From an uncultured bacterium (GTDB lineage Bacteria; Patescibacteriota; Minisyncoccia; Phycocordibacterales; UBA6065), in contig CAWJEP010000001.1 of assembly GCA_963841935.1 (NCBI GenBank), forward strand, positions 74,487-138,486: a stretch of 64,000 nt of DNA, given 5' to 3'. A program made the position numbers and the translations under genes. The notes below the pieces were generated by a model that was not told the DNA's origin, ran no database searches, and saw nothing but the letters and a program-made list of their open reading frames with translations. Shown here piece by piece: positions 37,569-47,853 of this stretch (positions are counted from its first letter, which is position 1; each line of letters opens with the position of its first letter).

Positions 37569-39881
37569 TTACGCTATTTCGCAGACTCCCGCGACGCAAG
37601 CCAATTCTTTTTTGATGTCGAGCTCGTCCGTTTTCTCGTAAGTGATGATTCTCGAATAGTCGATGTGGGCGAGGGCGGCGGAAAGTTCCAAATATTTTTT
37701 CTCGTCAATGGCTTCATACGGCGCGAGCTGATAGATGTGGTTGTCTCGCGGCAGGAAAGACAGACCGCCGACGATATCCCAGTTTTTGTACACCCAATTG
37801 GCGACCTCTATCCATTCGTCTTCGCCGACGGAAACAGTAACCGACGGATTGTGCTCGGTATAATTCTCTTTTACCACTTTCCAATGCTCCAGCTGGTCTA
37901 TGGCCGATATATCGTCTTTGTAGACGGACCTTTCAGGAGCTTTAACGGGGAATTCCAATACGAATGTCGTAGCGTCATCTTCAGATTGTCCGACCTCGGG
38001 GTAATACGGCACGCCTTGGTCCTTGAGCATTTTGAAAAGTCCGTCAGTCGCCGAGATTCTGATTCTTCGAATGTAATACGGAGCGTGTCGCGGGTGCATT
38101 CCCGAAGAACAATCCACGACTTGAGACAGCGTGCCCGATGGTTTGACCGCCGTCGTGCAGGTCGAAACGCCAATGCCGAACTTTTTCGCGTAGATTTCGT
38201 TGACTTTTATAACTTCTTCTTTCAATTTTCTTAAAATTTTCGGGTCGCGAGCCACGGTCGAGTCCCATTGGCCGGTGAGAGAGACGCCCAGCAACCTTTC
38301 TTCCTCGCACCGCTCTTTCCATTCTTTAGAGAGGTAAGGGAAATGGGTGAGACTTGCTTGGTAGGTGCCGAGAATCGTCGCCAGACGGATTTTTTTCAAA
38401 AGAGATTTCTCGTCGTCTTCCGCTCGAGTCACGACTTCGGAGAGATTACAGAATTGTTTGGACTGCAGAATTATTTCCCCACAAGGATTCGTTCCGATGG
38501 GACCGATAATATTTTTTCCGGAAGGGTCGAAATAGCCGCTGTGTTTCTTGAGAACTTTTATTCTTCTCTCCGGCAACATTTTGGCCAGTGAGCCGCGATT
38601 AAATATGCCGCGTTCGCCCGAGCCGGATTTCATTAAGGCGGTCCACTCCTCCAAAAATTCGACGTTTGACGGCTTCTGAATGTAAACGGCGGAATTGTTG
38701 GCAAGCATTCTTTGCGGTTCGCTTGTGTAAAAGGCGCCTTTTTTTGAATCACGAATATCGTTGTCGTCTAGGTCGGAAAGGGAAATCATCGCGCTGCGTC
38801 TTACTCCGCCTGAAACGACACAATCGCCGATCATGCAAATAATATCGTGGATGTCGATATTTCGGAGGCGTCTGCCTTGGCGGGAGAGCATTTTTTCACG
38901 GGTGGAGGTTAGAAGTCTCTTTAATGGTTCTGGACCGGAAGCTTTGCCCCCCATTGTCTTTAATCTCGTTCCAGAAGGCCGCAATGCCGAATAGTCAAAA
39001 TCCACGTCGTTGCCATCGGCCCAAACGCTCATGCCACAAGACAGGGAATCCGCCCAACCCTCCTTGCTGTCCGGAATTAGGTAAGTCGGAAGTTTTTTTC
39101 CTGACTGAAGTTTTATTTGCGGAAATTTCTGAACGTTCTGACTCTCAACCGACCAGCCGGCGCCGGTGCCGCACATTGAGATGTACATAATTTCTGCCAG
39201 GTCCTGAAAACATTCGGGCGCCACATAAGAACAGTTGTAAGCGCAGACGTTTGTTTTTCTCGCCGCCGTTCCGGCGAATTGCATGAGCCGCATCGAAGGC
39301 ATAGCTTCGTGTCGGAGAATTCCTTCGCGAAGCTCCGCGTATTCTTCTGCCGAAAGTTTTTCACCAAGATTTTCTTTCATAAAAGAAATATATCTCTCGA
39401 CCGTCTCTATCCAAGTCTCGCGTCTGCTTTCTGAATCTATCCAGCGCGAGTAGGTGCGGTAGTAAACAAATTCTCCCAAAGAGTTTCTGAAATATTTTTT
39501 GCTTTCCTCCGCCAACTTTTTTATTTCCGGCGGCACCTGTTCCGCGCGCATGCGAAGTTTCGCTCGTTCTTCGCGATAAAGGATGTAAGCTTTGGCCGTC
39601 GTCACGTGTTCACTCAAAATAAGTTGTTTCTCCACCATATCTTGAATGCCCTCGACGGTCGGAATGAAATTTCCGTACTTTTTTGTCATGTCGAGGAGTT
39701 CGTCTTTGACTTTGTTCGCCACAATCGCGGCGTCGGACTCCTTTCCCTCACCCGAAGCGCTCATTGCCTTCAAAATCGCGTTGGTTATTTTCTGAATATC
39801 AAAGGATACGATAGTCCCGTCTCTTTTTTGAATTTTTTTTATCGCCATTTCCGTACCCTCCGCGTTCTTTTTTGGTGCCAT
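37569..39881 (-). CDS. nrdJ: Class II (B12-dependent) ribonucleotide reductase with N-terminal ATP cone
   Basis: IQKRDG ATP cone, YRTYSR, YNCS, GGVRRSA, GTNPCGE, FCNLSE, KPSGT, C-terminal CVAGVC. Confidence 0.93.
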   Translation of the reverse strand: MAPKKNAEGTEMAIKKIQKRDGTIVSFDIQKITNAILKAMSASGEGKESDAAIVANKVKDELLDMTKKYGNFIPTVEGIQDMVEKQLILSEHVTTAKAYILYREERAKLRMRAEQVPPEIKKLAEESKKYFRNSLGEFVYYRTYSRWIDSESRRETWIETVERYISFMKENLGEKLSAEEYAELREGILRHEAMPSMRLMQFAGTAARKTNVCAYNCSYVAPECFQDLAEIMYISMCGTGAGWSVESQNVQKFPQIKLQSGKKLPTYLIPDSKEGWADSLSCGMSVWADGNDVDFDYSALRPSGTRLKTMGGKASGPEPLKRLLTSTREKMLSRQGRRLRNIDIHDIICMIGDCVVSGGVRRSAMISLSDLDDNDIRDSKKGAFYTSEPQRMLANNSAVYIQKPSNVEFLEEWTALMKSGSGERGIFNRGSLAKMLPERRIKVLKKHSGYFDPSGKNIIGPIGTNPCGEIILQSKQFCNLSEVVTRAEDDEKSLLKKIRLATILGTYQASLTHFPYLSKEWKERCEEERLLGVSLTGQWDSTVARDPKILRKLKEEVIKVNEIYAKKFGIGVSTCTTAVKPSGTLSQVVDCSSGMHPRHAPYYIRRIRISATDGLFKMLKDQGVPYYPEVGQSEDDATTFVLEFPVKAPERSVYKDDISAIDQLEHWKVVKENYTEHNPSVTVSVGEDEWIEVANWVYKNWDIVGGLSFLPRDNHIYQLAPYEAIDEKKYLELSAALAHIDYSRIITYEKTDELDIKKELACVAGVCEIA

Positions 39882-40055
39882 GAGCTGTTAGTTAATTGAT
39901 TAATTGATTTTGAAATTAGTATAGCACCGACACTATCGATTTAAAGTGGAAAAAAGTGATTTTTTTCTTCCCACATCAAGCTTTTCGCCCTGTCAATCCG
40001 GATTTGAAAAATTTTTCGGAACTTGATACACTAAAACTACTTAAATATCGAAATT

Positions 40056-40367
40056 ATGAAATTGAAATCCCCGCTTCCGCAGGAGGCATATCACAAAAAC
40101 GCCAGTATTTACAAGATTCTCGCCAATTCCAAGCGGTTGGAAATGCTAAACATCCTCAAAAAAGGGGAAGCCGGCGTGGATGAGCTCCTAAAAATCACCA
40201 AACTCTCGAAAGCCAACCTTTCTCAGCACTTGGCGCTTCTTCGACACAATGGTTTGGTCCAAACTCGCCGCAGCGGACTAAATGTCTTTTATAAAATCGT
40301 TGACCCGCGAATCGTGGAGCCCTGTAAAATTCTCCACCAACTTCGTCATCGCCAACTTGTTTCTTAG
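40056..40367 (+). CDS. ArsR/SmtB family regulator
   Basis: LANSKRLEML, LSKANLSQHLALLR..GLV. Confidence 0.9.
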   Translation: MKLKSPLPQEAYHKNASIYKILANSKRLEMLNILKKGEAGVDELLKITKLSKANLSQHLALLRHNGLVQTRRSGLNVFYKIVDPRIVEPCKILHQLRHRQLVS

Positions 40368-40418
40368 TTGCCCGGTCGCTCCGCGACACTTGATTTTTTT
40401 TCGTATTATAATATAGGT

Positions 40419-41402
40419 GTGAAAAATCTTTTGCGAGATATCCTTTCTTTTGTCCCAAGTCTCTTGCTGGCATTCTGTCTGTTATTTTTTTTGACCACGC
40501 CGGCCGCCGCTTCTTCTATCGCGTGTACAAACCTAGCGGCAGACCTTTCTTACGGCGAGACGGATTCTTTTTCCGGCGGACCAATAACGTTGCTTCAAAA
40601 TTTTCTTTCGGCCGAAGGATATATGTCGGCGACGCCGAACGGCCATTTTGGTCCCGCGACGCTCTCGGCCGTAATTCTGTTCCAAACTTCGCGAGGCATT
40701 TCTTCCACCGGATATGTCGGACCGCTTACTCGCGCCGCGATTGGGGCCGAGAGCTGTCCTTCGAGCGTCGTGCAACAAACGAACGCGTCGACGAATGTCG
40801 CGGCGAATTCAAACACGGAGACGCCGTCGTCAAATATTACCGCGCCGCTTGCCGGAGCGAATCTTTCGGTCGGACAAAACTACACTATCACTTGGAATGG
40901 TCAGAGTAATACCGGCTACACTATAGTTCTTGAAGACCAAAACGGCTTGAGCCAAGGTTTCATCACTCCGAACACCCAAACTTCCGGATCTTTCGTCTGG
41001 CAAGTGGGAAACGTTCTTTCCTCCATTACCGACGCGTATTCCGCCGTGTCCTCCGGCACTTACAGAATTCATTTTGAGAGTCTTTCAAGCAACGCGCCGG
41101 ACATGTACAGCGGCATTTTTACCATCGTTACTCCGCCGGTCTCGATAAATTCCATCATGCCGCAAAGTATTTCTTTGTCCGGCAACCACACAATAGTCGT
41201 TTACGGTTCAGGTTTTAATTCACGCGCTGAAATAAATATCGACGGATATTACAACTCGTCGTTCAACGCCCTATACGCTTCGCCGGACGGCACGATTCTC
41301 GTTTTTTCTCTCCCGTCAGGTGTGCCGGCCGGCAATCACACAGTGGACGTATCAAATTCCGTTTCCTTCGCCGTTTCGCCGTCTTTTACCGTAACGCAAT
41401 AA
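40419..41402 (+). CDS. Secreted protein with peptidoglycan-binding and Ig-like/IPT domains
   Basis: Signal peptide; LLQNFL...GHFGPATLSAVILFQ...GYVGPLTRAAI; IVVYGSGF. GTG start 6 nt after TATAAT. Confidence 0.8.
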   Translation: MKNLLRDILSFVPSLLLAFCLLFFLTTPAAASSIACTNLAADLSYGETDSFSGGPITLLQNFLSAEGYMSATPNGHFGPATLSAVILFQTSRGISSTGYVGPLTRAAIGAESCPSSVVQQTNASTNVAANSNTETPSSNITAPLAGANLSVGQNYTITWNGQSNTGYTIVLEDQNGLSQGFITPNTQTSGSFVWQVGNVLSSITDAYSAVSSGTYRIHFESLSSNAPDMYSGIFTIVTPPVSINSIMPQSISLSGNHTIVVYGSGFNSRAEINIDGYYNSSFNALYASPDGTILVFSLPSGVPAGNHTVDVSNSVSFAVSPSFTVTQ

Positions 41403-41405
41403 CAA

Positions 41406-41801
41406 ATGAAAGATAAAAAAGGAAAGAAACTTGTGGGCATCGCCATCATAGCCATGATTGTCGCGGTTTTTGTGCTTTCCATTTTTCTTGTGGTCGGTGT
41501 CCGCCGCGCCGCCCACGAAAACTCGATATCGTCATTTCGAGACTTTCTCTCCGTTAGACGCGAAAGAGGACCTCTGCCAGACGCTGACGCCGGGCTCGTC
41601 CGTCCTTGGATGACTTTTGATTACATCAATCACCTGTTTTCTTTGCCGACGGATTATTTGAAAGCGGATTTAAACGTGAACGATTCACGATACCCAAACC
41701 TTTCTGTTTCCGAGTATGCCGAATCGCTTTCCACCAGCTCACCCTCATTTCTCGACGCCGTTAGGGAGGCCGTTTTGAAAGCCACGACCACACAGCAATG
41801 A
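41406..41801 (+). CDS. Membrane-anchored hypothetical protein
   Basis: One TM; VRPWMTFDYINHLF motif; overlaps the DedA start. Confidence 0.7.
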   Translation: MKDKKGKKLVGIAIIAMIVAVFVLSIFLVVGVRRAAHENSISSFRDFLSVRRERGPLPDADAGLVRPWMTFDYINHLFSLPTDYLKADLNVNDSRYPNLSVSEYAESLSTSSPSFLDAVREAVLKATTTQQ

Positions 41802-42379
41802 ATTTCATTCTTTCCGGATTGCTTTCTTTTCTTCTCGTCTATAAATATCCGGCGCTTTTTTTTATGGTTCTTTTGTCGGCGATTTTTTTGCCTCTGCCGA
41901 TAGACACTTCTCTTGTCGCCGTCGGTGCTTTCGCCAGCCAGGGATATTTCAGCGCCGTCATTGCTTACGCGGCGGCGTTCCTGGGTAATGTCATCGGCGA
42001 CGTGACGAGTTACGTCATCTGGAAACGTTACGGCAGAGACATAATCCGCGACAAGTACGCAAAAAAGTACAGATTTTTCTCCAAACTCGAGGAATACGTT
42101 AAAACATACGCCGGTCCGACGGTTTTCGCTTCGCGTTTCGTCGGAGTTTTCGGTCCCATAGTCAATTTTCTCTGCGGCTACGGCCGCGTGAGTTTTGAGA
42201 TTTTTCTTATCGGGAGCATCTCAGGAAACGCCGTAGACACAGTCTGGCCGATAGCTCTTGGCTACGCGGTAGGGAGCTCGTGGGAGAATTTTTCCGGTCT
42301 TATTGGAGTCTTCGGCGCCGTCATTGCTCTCATCGCCGTCATCGGTGCGCTTGTTAGAGTTTATTTAGAAAAGAAATAA
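41798..42379 (+). CDS. DedA family protein
   Basis: LPLP, GNVIGDVTSY, SRFVG. Confidence 0.88.
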   Translation: MNFILSGLLSFLLVYKYPALFFMVLLSAIFLPLPIDTSLVAVGAFASQGYFSAVIAYAAAFLGNVIGDVTSYVIWKRYGRDIIRDKYAKKYRFFSKLEEYVKTYAGPTVFASRFVGVFGPIVNFLCGYGRVSFEIFLIGSISGNAVDTVWPIALGYAVGSSWENFSGLIGVFGAVIALIAVIGALVRVYLEKK

Positions 42380-43469
42380 CGACGATTTCCGGGTCTGTGC
42401 CTATTCTCATGGGCGGTCCCCAAGTGCCGGCGCCACTCGACGTGTACACCGTCATTTTTTCCAAACGCGAGAGTCCGTAATTTCTGTCTTTGAAAATAAG
42501 AGGCGTGATGAGATTGAAGGGGAAAACCTGTCCGCCGTGCGTGTGGCCGGAAAGTTCCAGATCGACGCCGAGTTCCTCGGCGACTTCGGTAAATATCGGA
42601 GTGTGTTTGAGGAGGATTCTCGGCGCGGTTTTTCTCTCCCCGACGATTTTCCGGAGAATTTCTTCGTACACTGGTTTTTTCGACGTATCGCCGTCGGAAA
42701 CGCCGATGATTTCCATTCCGTCGACGAGAATTTTTTCGTTGTCGAGAACTTTGAAACCGGCGCGCCGCATGGCGGCGCCGTATTTTTCGGCGGAATTTTT
42801 CCTGAATTCTTCATGATTGCCGGTGACGAAGAAATTTCCGAGTGGCGCGCCGATTTTCGATAGTGGTAAAAGGCATCCGTCCTCATCCGTCTTGGCGCCG
42901 TCGAAGATGTCTCCCGCGAAGAAAACGATATCTGGACGCACACTCCGAATGATGCCCGAGATTTTCTCCGAGAAATTTTCTCTTCTGGTTTGACCGAGAT
43001 GCAGGTCGCTTACGAGCACGGCTTTTCTTTTGGTCCACGATACCGGCAGATTATGAATTTCCACAGAAATATTTTTTATCCTGATTTTATTCGCGTTGAC
43101 GAGACCGAATATTCCCATAGCTGCGGCAAAGGCGAAAAAAATCGCGCCGGCGAAACTCGTTTCAGTTCCGGAAATTTCTTTTCCACCCAAAATGACCACA
43201 AGCCAATAAAGCGCCGATGCCAAAAGAAAGTAAATCATGAATCCGAACCATACGGCTGAGACGGCGTATGTCGTTCTAGAGATTTTATTGTAAAAAATCT
43301 GGGCGGTTATCGAAGTGAGTATGAAAGACACGGACAAAATTCCGAGAATTATTTTCATAGTGGAAAGAATTTCGCCGTTTAGTCCGAACACGTCTTTGAC
43401 CGTCAGATATATGAGAAAGTGCGCTTCGAAAAGTATGGTCTGGATGATTATGAGAGAAAAATAAAACAT
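42354..43469 (-). CDS. Membrane-anchored metallophosphoesterase (YkuE-like)
   Basis: TM helices then SDLHLG, AGDIFD, TGNHE, SGHTHGGQ. Confidence 0.9.
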   Translation of the reverse strand: MFYFSLIIIQTILFEAHFLIYLTVKDVFGLNGEILSTMKIILGILSVSFILTSITAQIFYNKISRTTYAVSAVWFGFMIYFLLASALYWLVVILGGKEISGTETSFAGAIFFAFAAAMGIFGLVNANKIRIKNISVEIHNLPVSWTKRKAVLVSDLHLGQTRRENFSEKISGIIRSVRPDIVFFAGDIFDGAKTDEDGCLLPLSKIGAPLGNFFVTGNHEEFRKNSAEKYGAAMRRAGFKVLDNEKILVDGMEIIGVSDGDTSKKPVYEEILRKIVGERKTAPRILLKHTPIFTEVAEELGVDLELSGHTHGGQVFPFNLITPLIFKDRNYGLSRLEKMTVYTSSGAGTWGPPMRIGTDPEIVVISFLNKL

Positions 43470-43473
43470 AAAA

Positions 43474-44067
43474 TTATTTTTTCCTAAAAAATTCCGGCGT
43501 TATCGGCAGAAAGGATATTATCACTATGGCAAAAGCGATAAGGGTGATGTAATTTCCGGCGCTCGGCAATACGTTGCCTAGAACAAACCCTCCGCAGATG
43601 AGAACAAAAGACCAAGCGATACCCCCGACGATATTGTACGAAAGGAATTTCTTATATTCCATATTTCCGACACCGGCCAGTATCGGAGCGAAAGTTCTGA
43701 CCACCGGCACGAAACGGGCGAGGATTATAGTTCTAGAGCCGTATCTTTCGTAGAATTTCTTGGTTTTTTCCACGTGGCTTTTTCGGAAAAATTTCGAATC
43801 TTCGCGAGAAAATATTTTCGGCCCGACTTTTTTGCCGAACCAAAAGCCGACGCTGTCGCCCAGTATGGCGCATATGGATACAAAGACAACGAGTTGCCAC
43901 AAGCCAAAGACCCCCGTCGCCGACAGGAGTCCCGCGGAAAAAAGCAGACTGTCGCCCGGAAGGAAAAATCCGAAGAAGAGTCCGGATTCGGCGAAGACGG
44001 CGAGGCACAATCCGCCAAGGCCGAGGGTTTCGACTATTACCGTTGGGTCGAGGTGGGTAAGTGACAT
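43474..44067 (-). CDS. DedA family protein (canonical)
   Basis: FAESGLFFGFFLPGDSLLF, ARFVPVVRTF. Confidence 0.93.
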   Translation of the reverse strand: MSLTHLDPTVIVETLGLGGLCLAVFAESGLFFGFFLPGDSLLFSAGLLSATGVFGLWQLVVFVSICAILGDSVGFWFGKKVGPKIFSREDSKFFRKSHVEKTKKFYERYGSRTIILARFVPVVRTFAPILAGVGNMEYKKFLSYNIVGGIAWSFVLICGGFVLGNVLPSAGNYITLIAFAIVIISFLPITPEFFRKK

Positions 44068-44104
44068 AAGTGGGAGGTTGTATTATATTCGTAAGAACCA
44101 TCTA

Positions 44105-44758
44105 ATGAAAGCTCACGTTCAAAGGATAAAGAAATCTTACCTTTCTCATTTTGGTAACCGACAGTTTGTCGTTTCCTTTCTCGTGTCTTTAGGGTTTTTG
44201 ATTATTTCGCTCGCAATAAGTTTTTACGCGTCGAATTACGCTCTCGACAAAGCGAGTAATCCGGTCACGGATATAATATTGAGCAACACGCGCGTCTACG
44301 ACGTGGATTGGTCTTTTATATATGGTGTCTTGATTTTTTGGATATTTGTCGTCTTGCTTCTTTTGAACGAACCGAAACGCATCCCTTTCACGCTCAAATC
44401 AATAGCTCTTTTCGTTATCATTCGCTCGGCTTTTATTACTCTCACCCACATAGCCGTGTTTCCGACACACGAGATAATACCGACTACCGGTTTTATGAGC
44501 TATTTTATTACCGCCGACGATTTATTTTTTTCCGGCCACACAGGTTTGCCTTTTCTTCTCGCGCTTATTTTTTGGGATGAAAAAATTCTACGATATTTTT
44601 TCATCACGGCCTCCACTTTTTTCGGAATCGTGGTTCTTCTTGGCCATTATCACTACTCAATAGACGTCGCCGCGGCTTTCTTTATTACTTACACGATTTA
44701 TCACATCTCCAAAATCTTTTTTCGCAAAGATCTGGAAATTTTCAAAAAAGAAACGTAA
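44105..44758 (+). CDS. PAP2 / sphingomyelin-synthase-like phosphotransferase
   Basis: Multi-TM; DDLFFSGHT and HYHYSIDV motifs. Start ATG 44105. Confidence 0.8.
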   Translation: MKAHVQRIKKSYLSHFGNRQFVVSFLVSLGFLIISLAISFYASNYALDKASNPVTDIILSNTRVYDVDWSFIYGVLIFWIFVVLLLLNEPKRIPFTLKSIALFVIIRSAFITLTHIAVFPTHEIIPTTGFMSYFITADDLFFSGHTGLPFLLALIFWDEKILRYFFITASTFFGIVVLLGHYHYSIDVAAAFFITYTIYHISKIFFRKDLEIFKKET

Positions 44759-45451
44759 TCATTTTCCCGACGAAAAAAGTATTCGAAAGAAGTGAAATAT
44801 ATATCTCGCGCCTATTTTTATCGTTCCTTCGGTCTTGAATCTGCGCGCCGACGTCTTAAGTACGAGTGAGCCGTCGAAAATTATTTTTCCTTTGGAGGAT
44901 AGTCGTTTCGGCAAGTCGGTGTCGTCGCCGTAGAAAGTGATTGCCGTGTTGAAGCCTCCGATTGAAGAGAGCGCCGAAGCGCGAATAAATGTGTTTCCGC
45001 CCAAAGTTATGCCGCCTATGCTGAGCATCGAAAGGATTACGTTGACCGGCGAGTAGACGTATTTTTCTAGGCCTAAAGCGAAATATCTGAAACCAGCGGG
45101 ACCGTCGAAATAATCGTAAGGCCCGCTCACGACTACGACTTTTTTGTCCATGAAATGTTTTGCTCCGCGGGAAAGCCAATCAGTTTCCGGCAGGCAGTCG
45201 GCGTCAAGCCTGACTATTATGTCGCCGTGGGCCACTTTACGCCCCGCTTCGCACGCCCACATGGTGCCCTTTCTCTCCTCGCGAACGACTTTTACGCCTT
45301 TTGCCCGCGCTATGTCAGAAGTCTTATCGGTGCTTCCGTTATCGGAAACTATGACTTCGAAATTCGGATAATCTGACGAGAGAATGGCATCGATGGCTTT
45401 TCCGATATTTTTTTCTTCGTTTAGGGCGGGGATGATGACTGATATTTTCAT
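44759..45451 (-). CDS. Glycosyltransferase family 2
   Basis: ISVIIPALNEE, DNGSTD, LDAD, GDDTD, TSARRF. Confidence 0.9.
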   Translation of the reverse strand: MKISVIIPALNEEKNIGKAIDAILSSDYPNFEVIVSDNGSTDKTSDIARAKGVKVVREERKGTMWACEAGRKVAHGDIIVRLDADCLPETDWLSRGAKHFMDKKVVVVSGPYDYFDGPAGFRYFALGLEKYVYSPVNVILSMLSIGGITLGGNTFIRASALSSIGGFNTAITFYGDDTDLPKRLSSKGKIIFDGSLVLKTSARRFKTEGTIKIGARYIFHFFRILFSSGK

Positions 45452-45454
45452 AAT

Positions 45455-46174
45455 CTATCTTATTGGTTTCCACTCTTTGGATTTGGTCTTTTTGAAAAAC
45501 ATTCTGTACAAAGTGTCCACGAACCATGTCCATAGAAGATGGATCCAACCTATCTGGTTTGCCCGACGATTTGGGTGGAAAACTCGCAGCCGTGGGTCTA
45601 TACGGGTTTTTCCAATCGTCGCCAGTTTACCGAAAAAGTCCATGTCCTCGCCGGCGGCTAGCTCCGGATTAAACCCACCGATTTTTTCAAACGCAGTTTT
45701 TCTTACCATCATAAATTTGCCCCAAGCACTGCCTCGGTCTATGACATTGTTCAGAAACCAGTGTCCGCCGTTTATTATGCCGGACATCATTTTGTCCACC
45801 CAAGTGGCGATTTCCGGCATGACTTCTATTTTGCCGGAAATCGCCACGATTTTTTCGTCCTTAAAATTTTCTAGGGCCTGGTTAAAGAAACTGTCCGGGT
45901 CCGTGATGAAACATCCGGAATCTATAAAGGCAAAAAATTCTCCTTTAGCCTCCGCCGCGCCGCGGTTCCTTGCTCCTCCGCCGTATATTCTTTTTTCTTC
46001 CGAGTAAGTGATTACTTTGTCCGCGCATTTTTTCGCGATTTCCACGGTTTTGTCGGAACTGTTACAGTCGGATACGATAATTTCGTTTTGAATAGTTAGC
46101 CGCGACTTGAGCGCCACGACCGTTTTGCCGATCCATTTTTCTTCGTTCAAAGTCGGTATAATGATGGAAATCAT
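45455..46174 (-). CDS. Glycosyltransferase family 2
   Basis: ISIIIPTLNEE, ARNRGA, IGGF...GED. Confidence 0.9.
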   Translation of the reverse strand: MISIIIPTLNEEKWIGKTVVALKSRLTIQNEIIVSDCNSSDKTVEIAKKCADKVITYSEEKRIYGGGARNRGAAEAKGEFFAFIDSGCFITDPDSFFNQALENFKDEKIVAISGKIEVMPEIATWVDKMMSGIINGGHWFLNNVIDRGSAWGKFMMVRKTAFEKIGGFNPELAAGEDMDFFGKLATIGKTRIDPRLRVFHPNRRANQIGWIHLLWTWFVDTLYRMFFKKTKSKEWKPIR

Positions 46175-46761
46175 TTTGAGTATTTTTCCACGGTTCGGTC
46201 TCGCAAATATTTCGCGAAACCGACCACGCCCACACATAATACTACGAGCACCGCCGTTACCGCGACCTCTTCAAGAAAGTTGTTGGCCGTGACATAAAAA
46301 TTTCCCAAATAATATCCTATGCCGACGAGTAGCGCGGTCCAGAAAAATTGTCCGACGATGTTTATCGTCATGTATTTTGCGAAAGACACGCGCGACATGC
46401 CGGCGGTAAAGAGGACTAAGGGAGCAAAGCCGAAACCGGTTGTCAGTTTGGAAATGACCAATATTTTCGAGTGATATTTGTCGAACATTTTTTTTACCAC
46501 GGCGACATTTCTGTCGGTGACGGAGACATATTTGCCGTATTTGGATATGAACCTTTCGCCGTATCGGTATCCCAGCCAATAATAGATGACATCGCCTATG
46601 AGGTCTCCGGCCATCAGGGCGAAATAAGTCGGGATGAAATCAAGCGGCCCAAATCGCACCACGAATCCGGCAACGAGGGCGACGAGAGGGCCTTGGACGA
46701 CGGCCAAGGGCGTAATGATGGCGTATCGGTATATGGATAGAAGGGAAATAATCGCTGACAT
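46171..46761 (-). CDS. DedA family protein
   Basis: QGP, GDLIGDVIYYWLG, SKLTTG, AGMSR. Confidence 0.88.
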   Translation of the reverse strand: MSAIISLLSIYRYAIITPLAVVQGPLVALVAGFVVRFGPLDFIPTYFALMAGDLIGDVIYYWLGYRYGERFISKYGKYVSVTDRNVAVVKKMFDKYHSKILVISKLTTGFGFAPLVLFTAGMSRVSFAKYMTINIVGQFFWTALLVGIGYYLGNFYVTANNFLEEVAVTAVLVVLCVGVVGFAKYLRDRTVEKYSK

Positions 46762-46829
46762 TCCTGAAATAGTAGCATTTTTTTGGGTCGTGTGGACTCG
46801 TCGAGGATTTCTTGGTTATAATCAAGAAG

Positions 46830-47819
46830 ATGAAAAAGACGCTAGTTTTTCTCTTAATTTTTCTCGGAATTTTTTCAGTTTTTTCAATCGCCGGCGCGCA
46901 CGAAGTCTATGTTCTGTCGCCGGCCGAGATCACTCAAGCCATCGGCACGCCGCCTTTCAATATGATCGCGGTCGTCGCTCAAAACCTCGGCGAGTTTACT
47001 TTTTGGGCCTTTATTTCCGTACTTGTCGTTTTCATAGTTTTTTTCTCGTCGATTTCCAGGTGGCTGGAAAAAAAGTTTGACCCGTTTTTCGTCAAAATAA
47101 AAAAATACGCTCCGGCTATAGCGCGCGTTACCGTTGGTGTCTCGTTTCTCGCCGCGGCGTATTATCAGGCAAGTTATGGTCCGGAACTTCCTCTCGCGCC
47201 GGCCTACGGAATATTTACTCCAGCCGTGACGGTCGTTCTTGTGGTAATCGGGCTTCTGATTATTTTCAATTTATGGACGAGGTGGGCGGCCCTCATCGCG
47301 TTTTGTCTTTTTTGTTACGCCGTTTATAGAAACGGCTGGTATATGTTCACTTACACCAACTATCTAGGAGAAATAATAGTGCTTCTTTTGAGTATAGAGG
47401 TAATGAAGGTCGGCAAAAAACTTTCAAAATACGGATTTCTCACTATTCGAGTATGTTTCGGTATATCGCTTATTTTTGCTTCCGCCTACGCCAAGGTCAT
47501 TTATAACAATCTGGGACTTTTCACGGTCGAAAAATATCATCTGGACAAAATTTTGGGTTTTGAACCCCATTTTCTGGTCCTCGGAGCGGCGATAATAGAA
47601 ATTTTAATCGGCACGTTTATCATTCTCGGTATCGAAATCCGCTTTACGTCGGTTTTCTTTCTCTTTTGGCTTACACTCTCGCTTTTATTTTTCGGCGAGG
47701 TCGTCTGGCCGCACATCATTCTCATCGGCATTCCCATCGCCTTGATTTGTTACGGCTACGACAAATATTCCATTGAAGGATATTTTTTTAAACGTGACGG
47801 CAGGGAACCGGTTCTCTGA
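46830..47819 (+). CDS. DoxX-like multi-pass membrane protein
   Basis: Signal/TM, AHEVYV, EILIG...GIEIR, FGEVVWPH. Confidence 0.65.
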   Translation: MKKTLVFLLIFLGIFSVFSIAGAHEVYVLSPAEITQAIGTPPFNMIAVVAQNLGEFTFWAFISVLVVFIVFFSSISRWLEKKFDPFFVKIKKYAPAIARVTVGVSFLAAAYYQASYGPELPLAPAYGIFTPAVTVVLVVIGLLIIFNLWTRWAALIAFCLFCYAVYRNGWYMFTYTNYLGEIIVLLLSIEVMKVGKKLSKYGFLTIRVCFGISLIFASAYAKVIYNNLGLFTVEKYHLDKILGFEPHFLVLGAAIIEILIGTFIILGIEIRFTSVFFLFWLTLSLLFFGEVVWPHIILIGIPIALICYGYDKYSIEGYFFKRDGREPVL

Positions 47820-47853
47820 TGCGAGTTTTTCTTTTTTGGGGTAGCATAGCCGC

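Noticed and set aside
37569-39881. Intein or intron in the RNR (also checked polA, dnaA, recG)
   Set aside because: Lengths are normal, with no intein C/S...HN-C/S/T junctions or LAGLIDADG motifs.
43760-44104. Long N-terminus of the PAP2 ORF
   Set aside because: It is antisense to dedA; the real start is ATG 44105.
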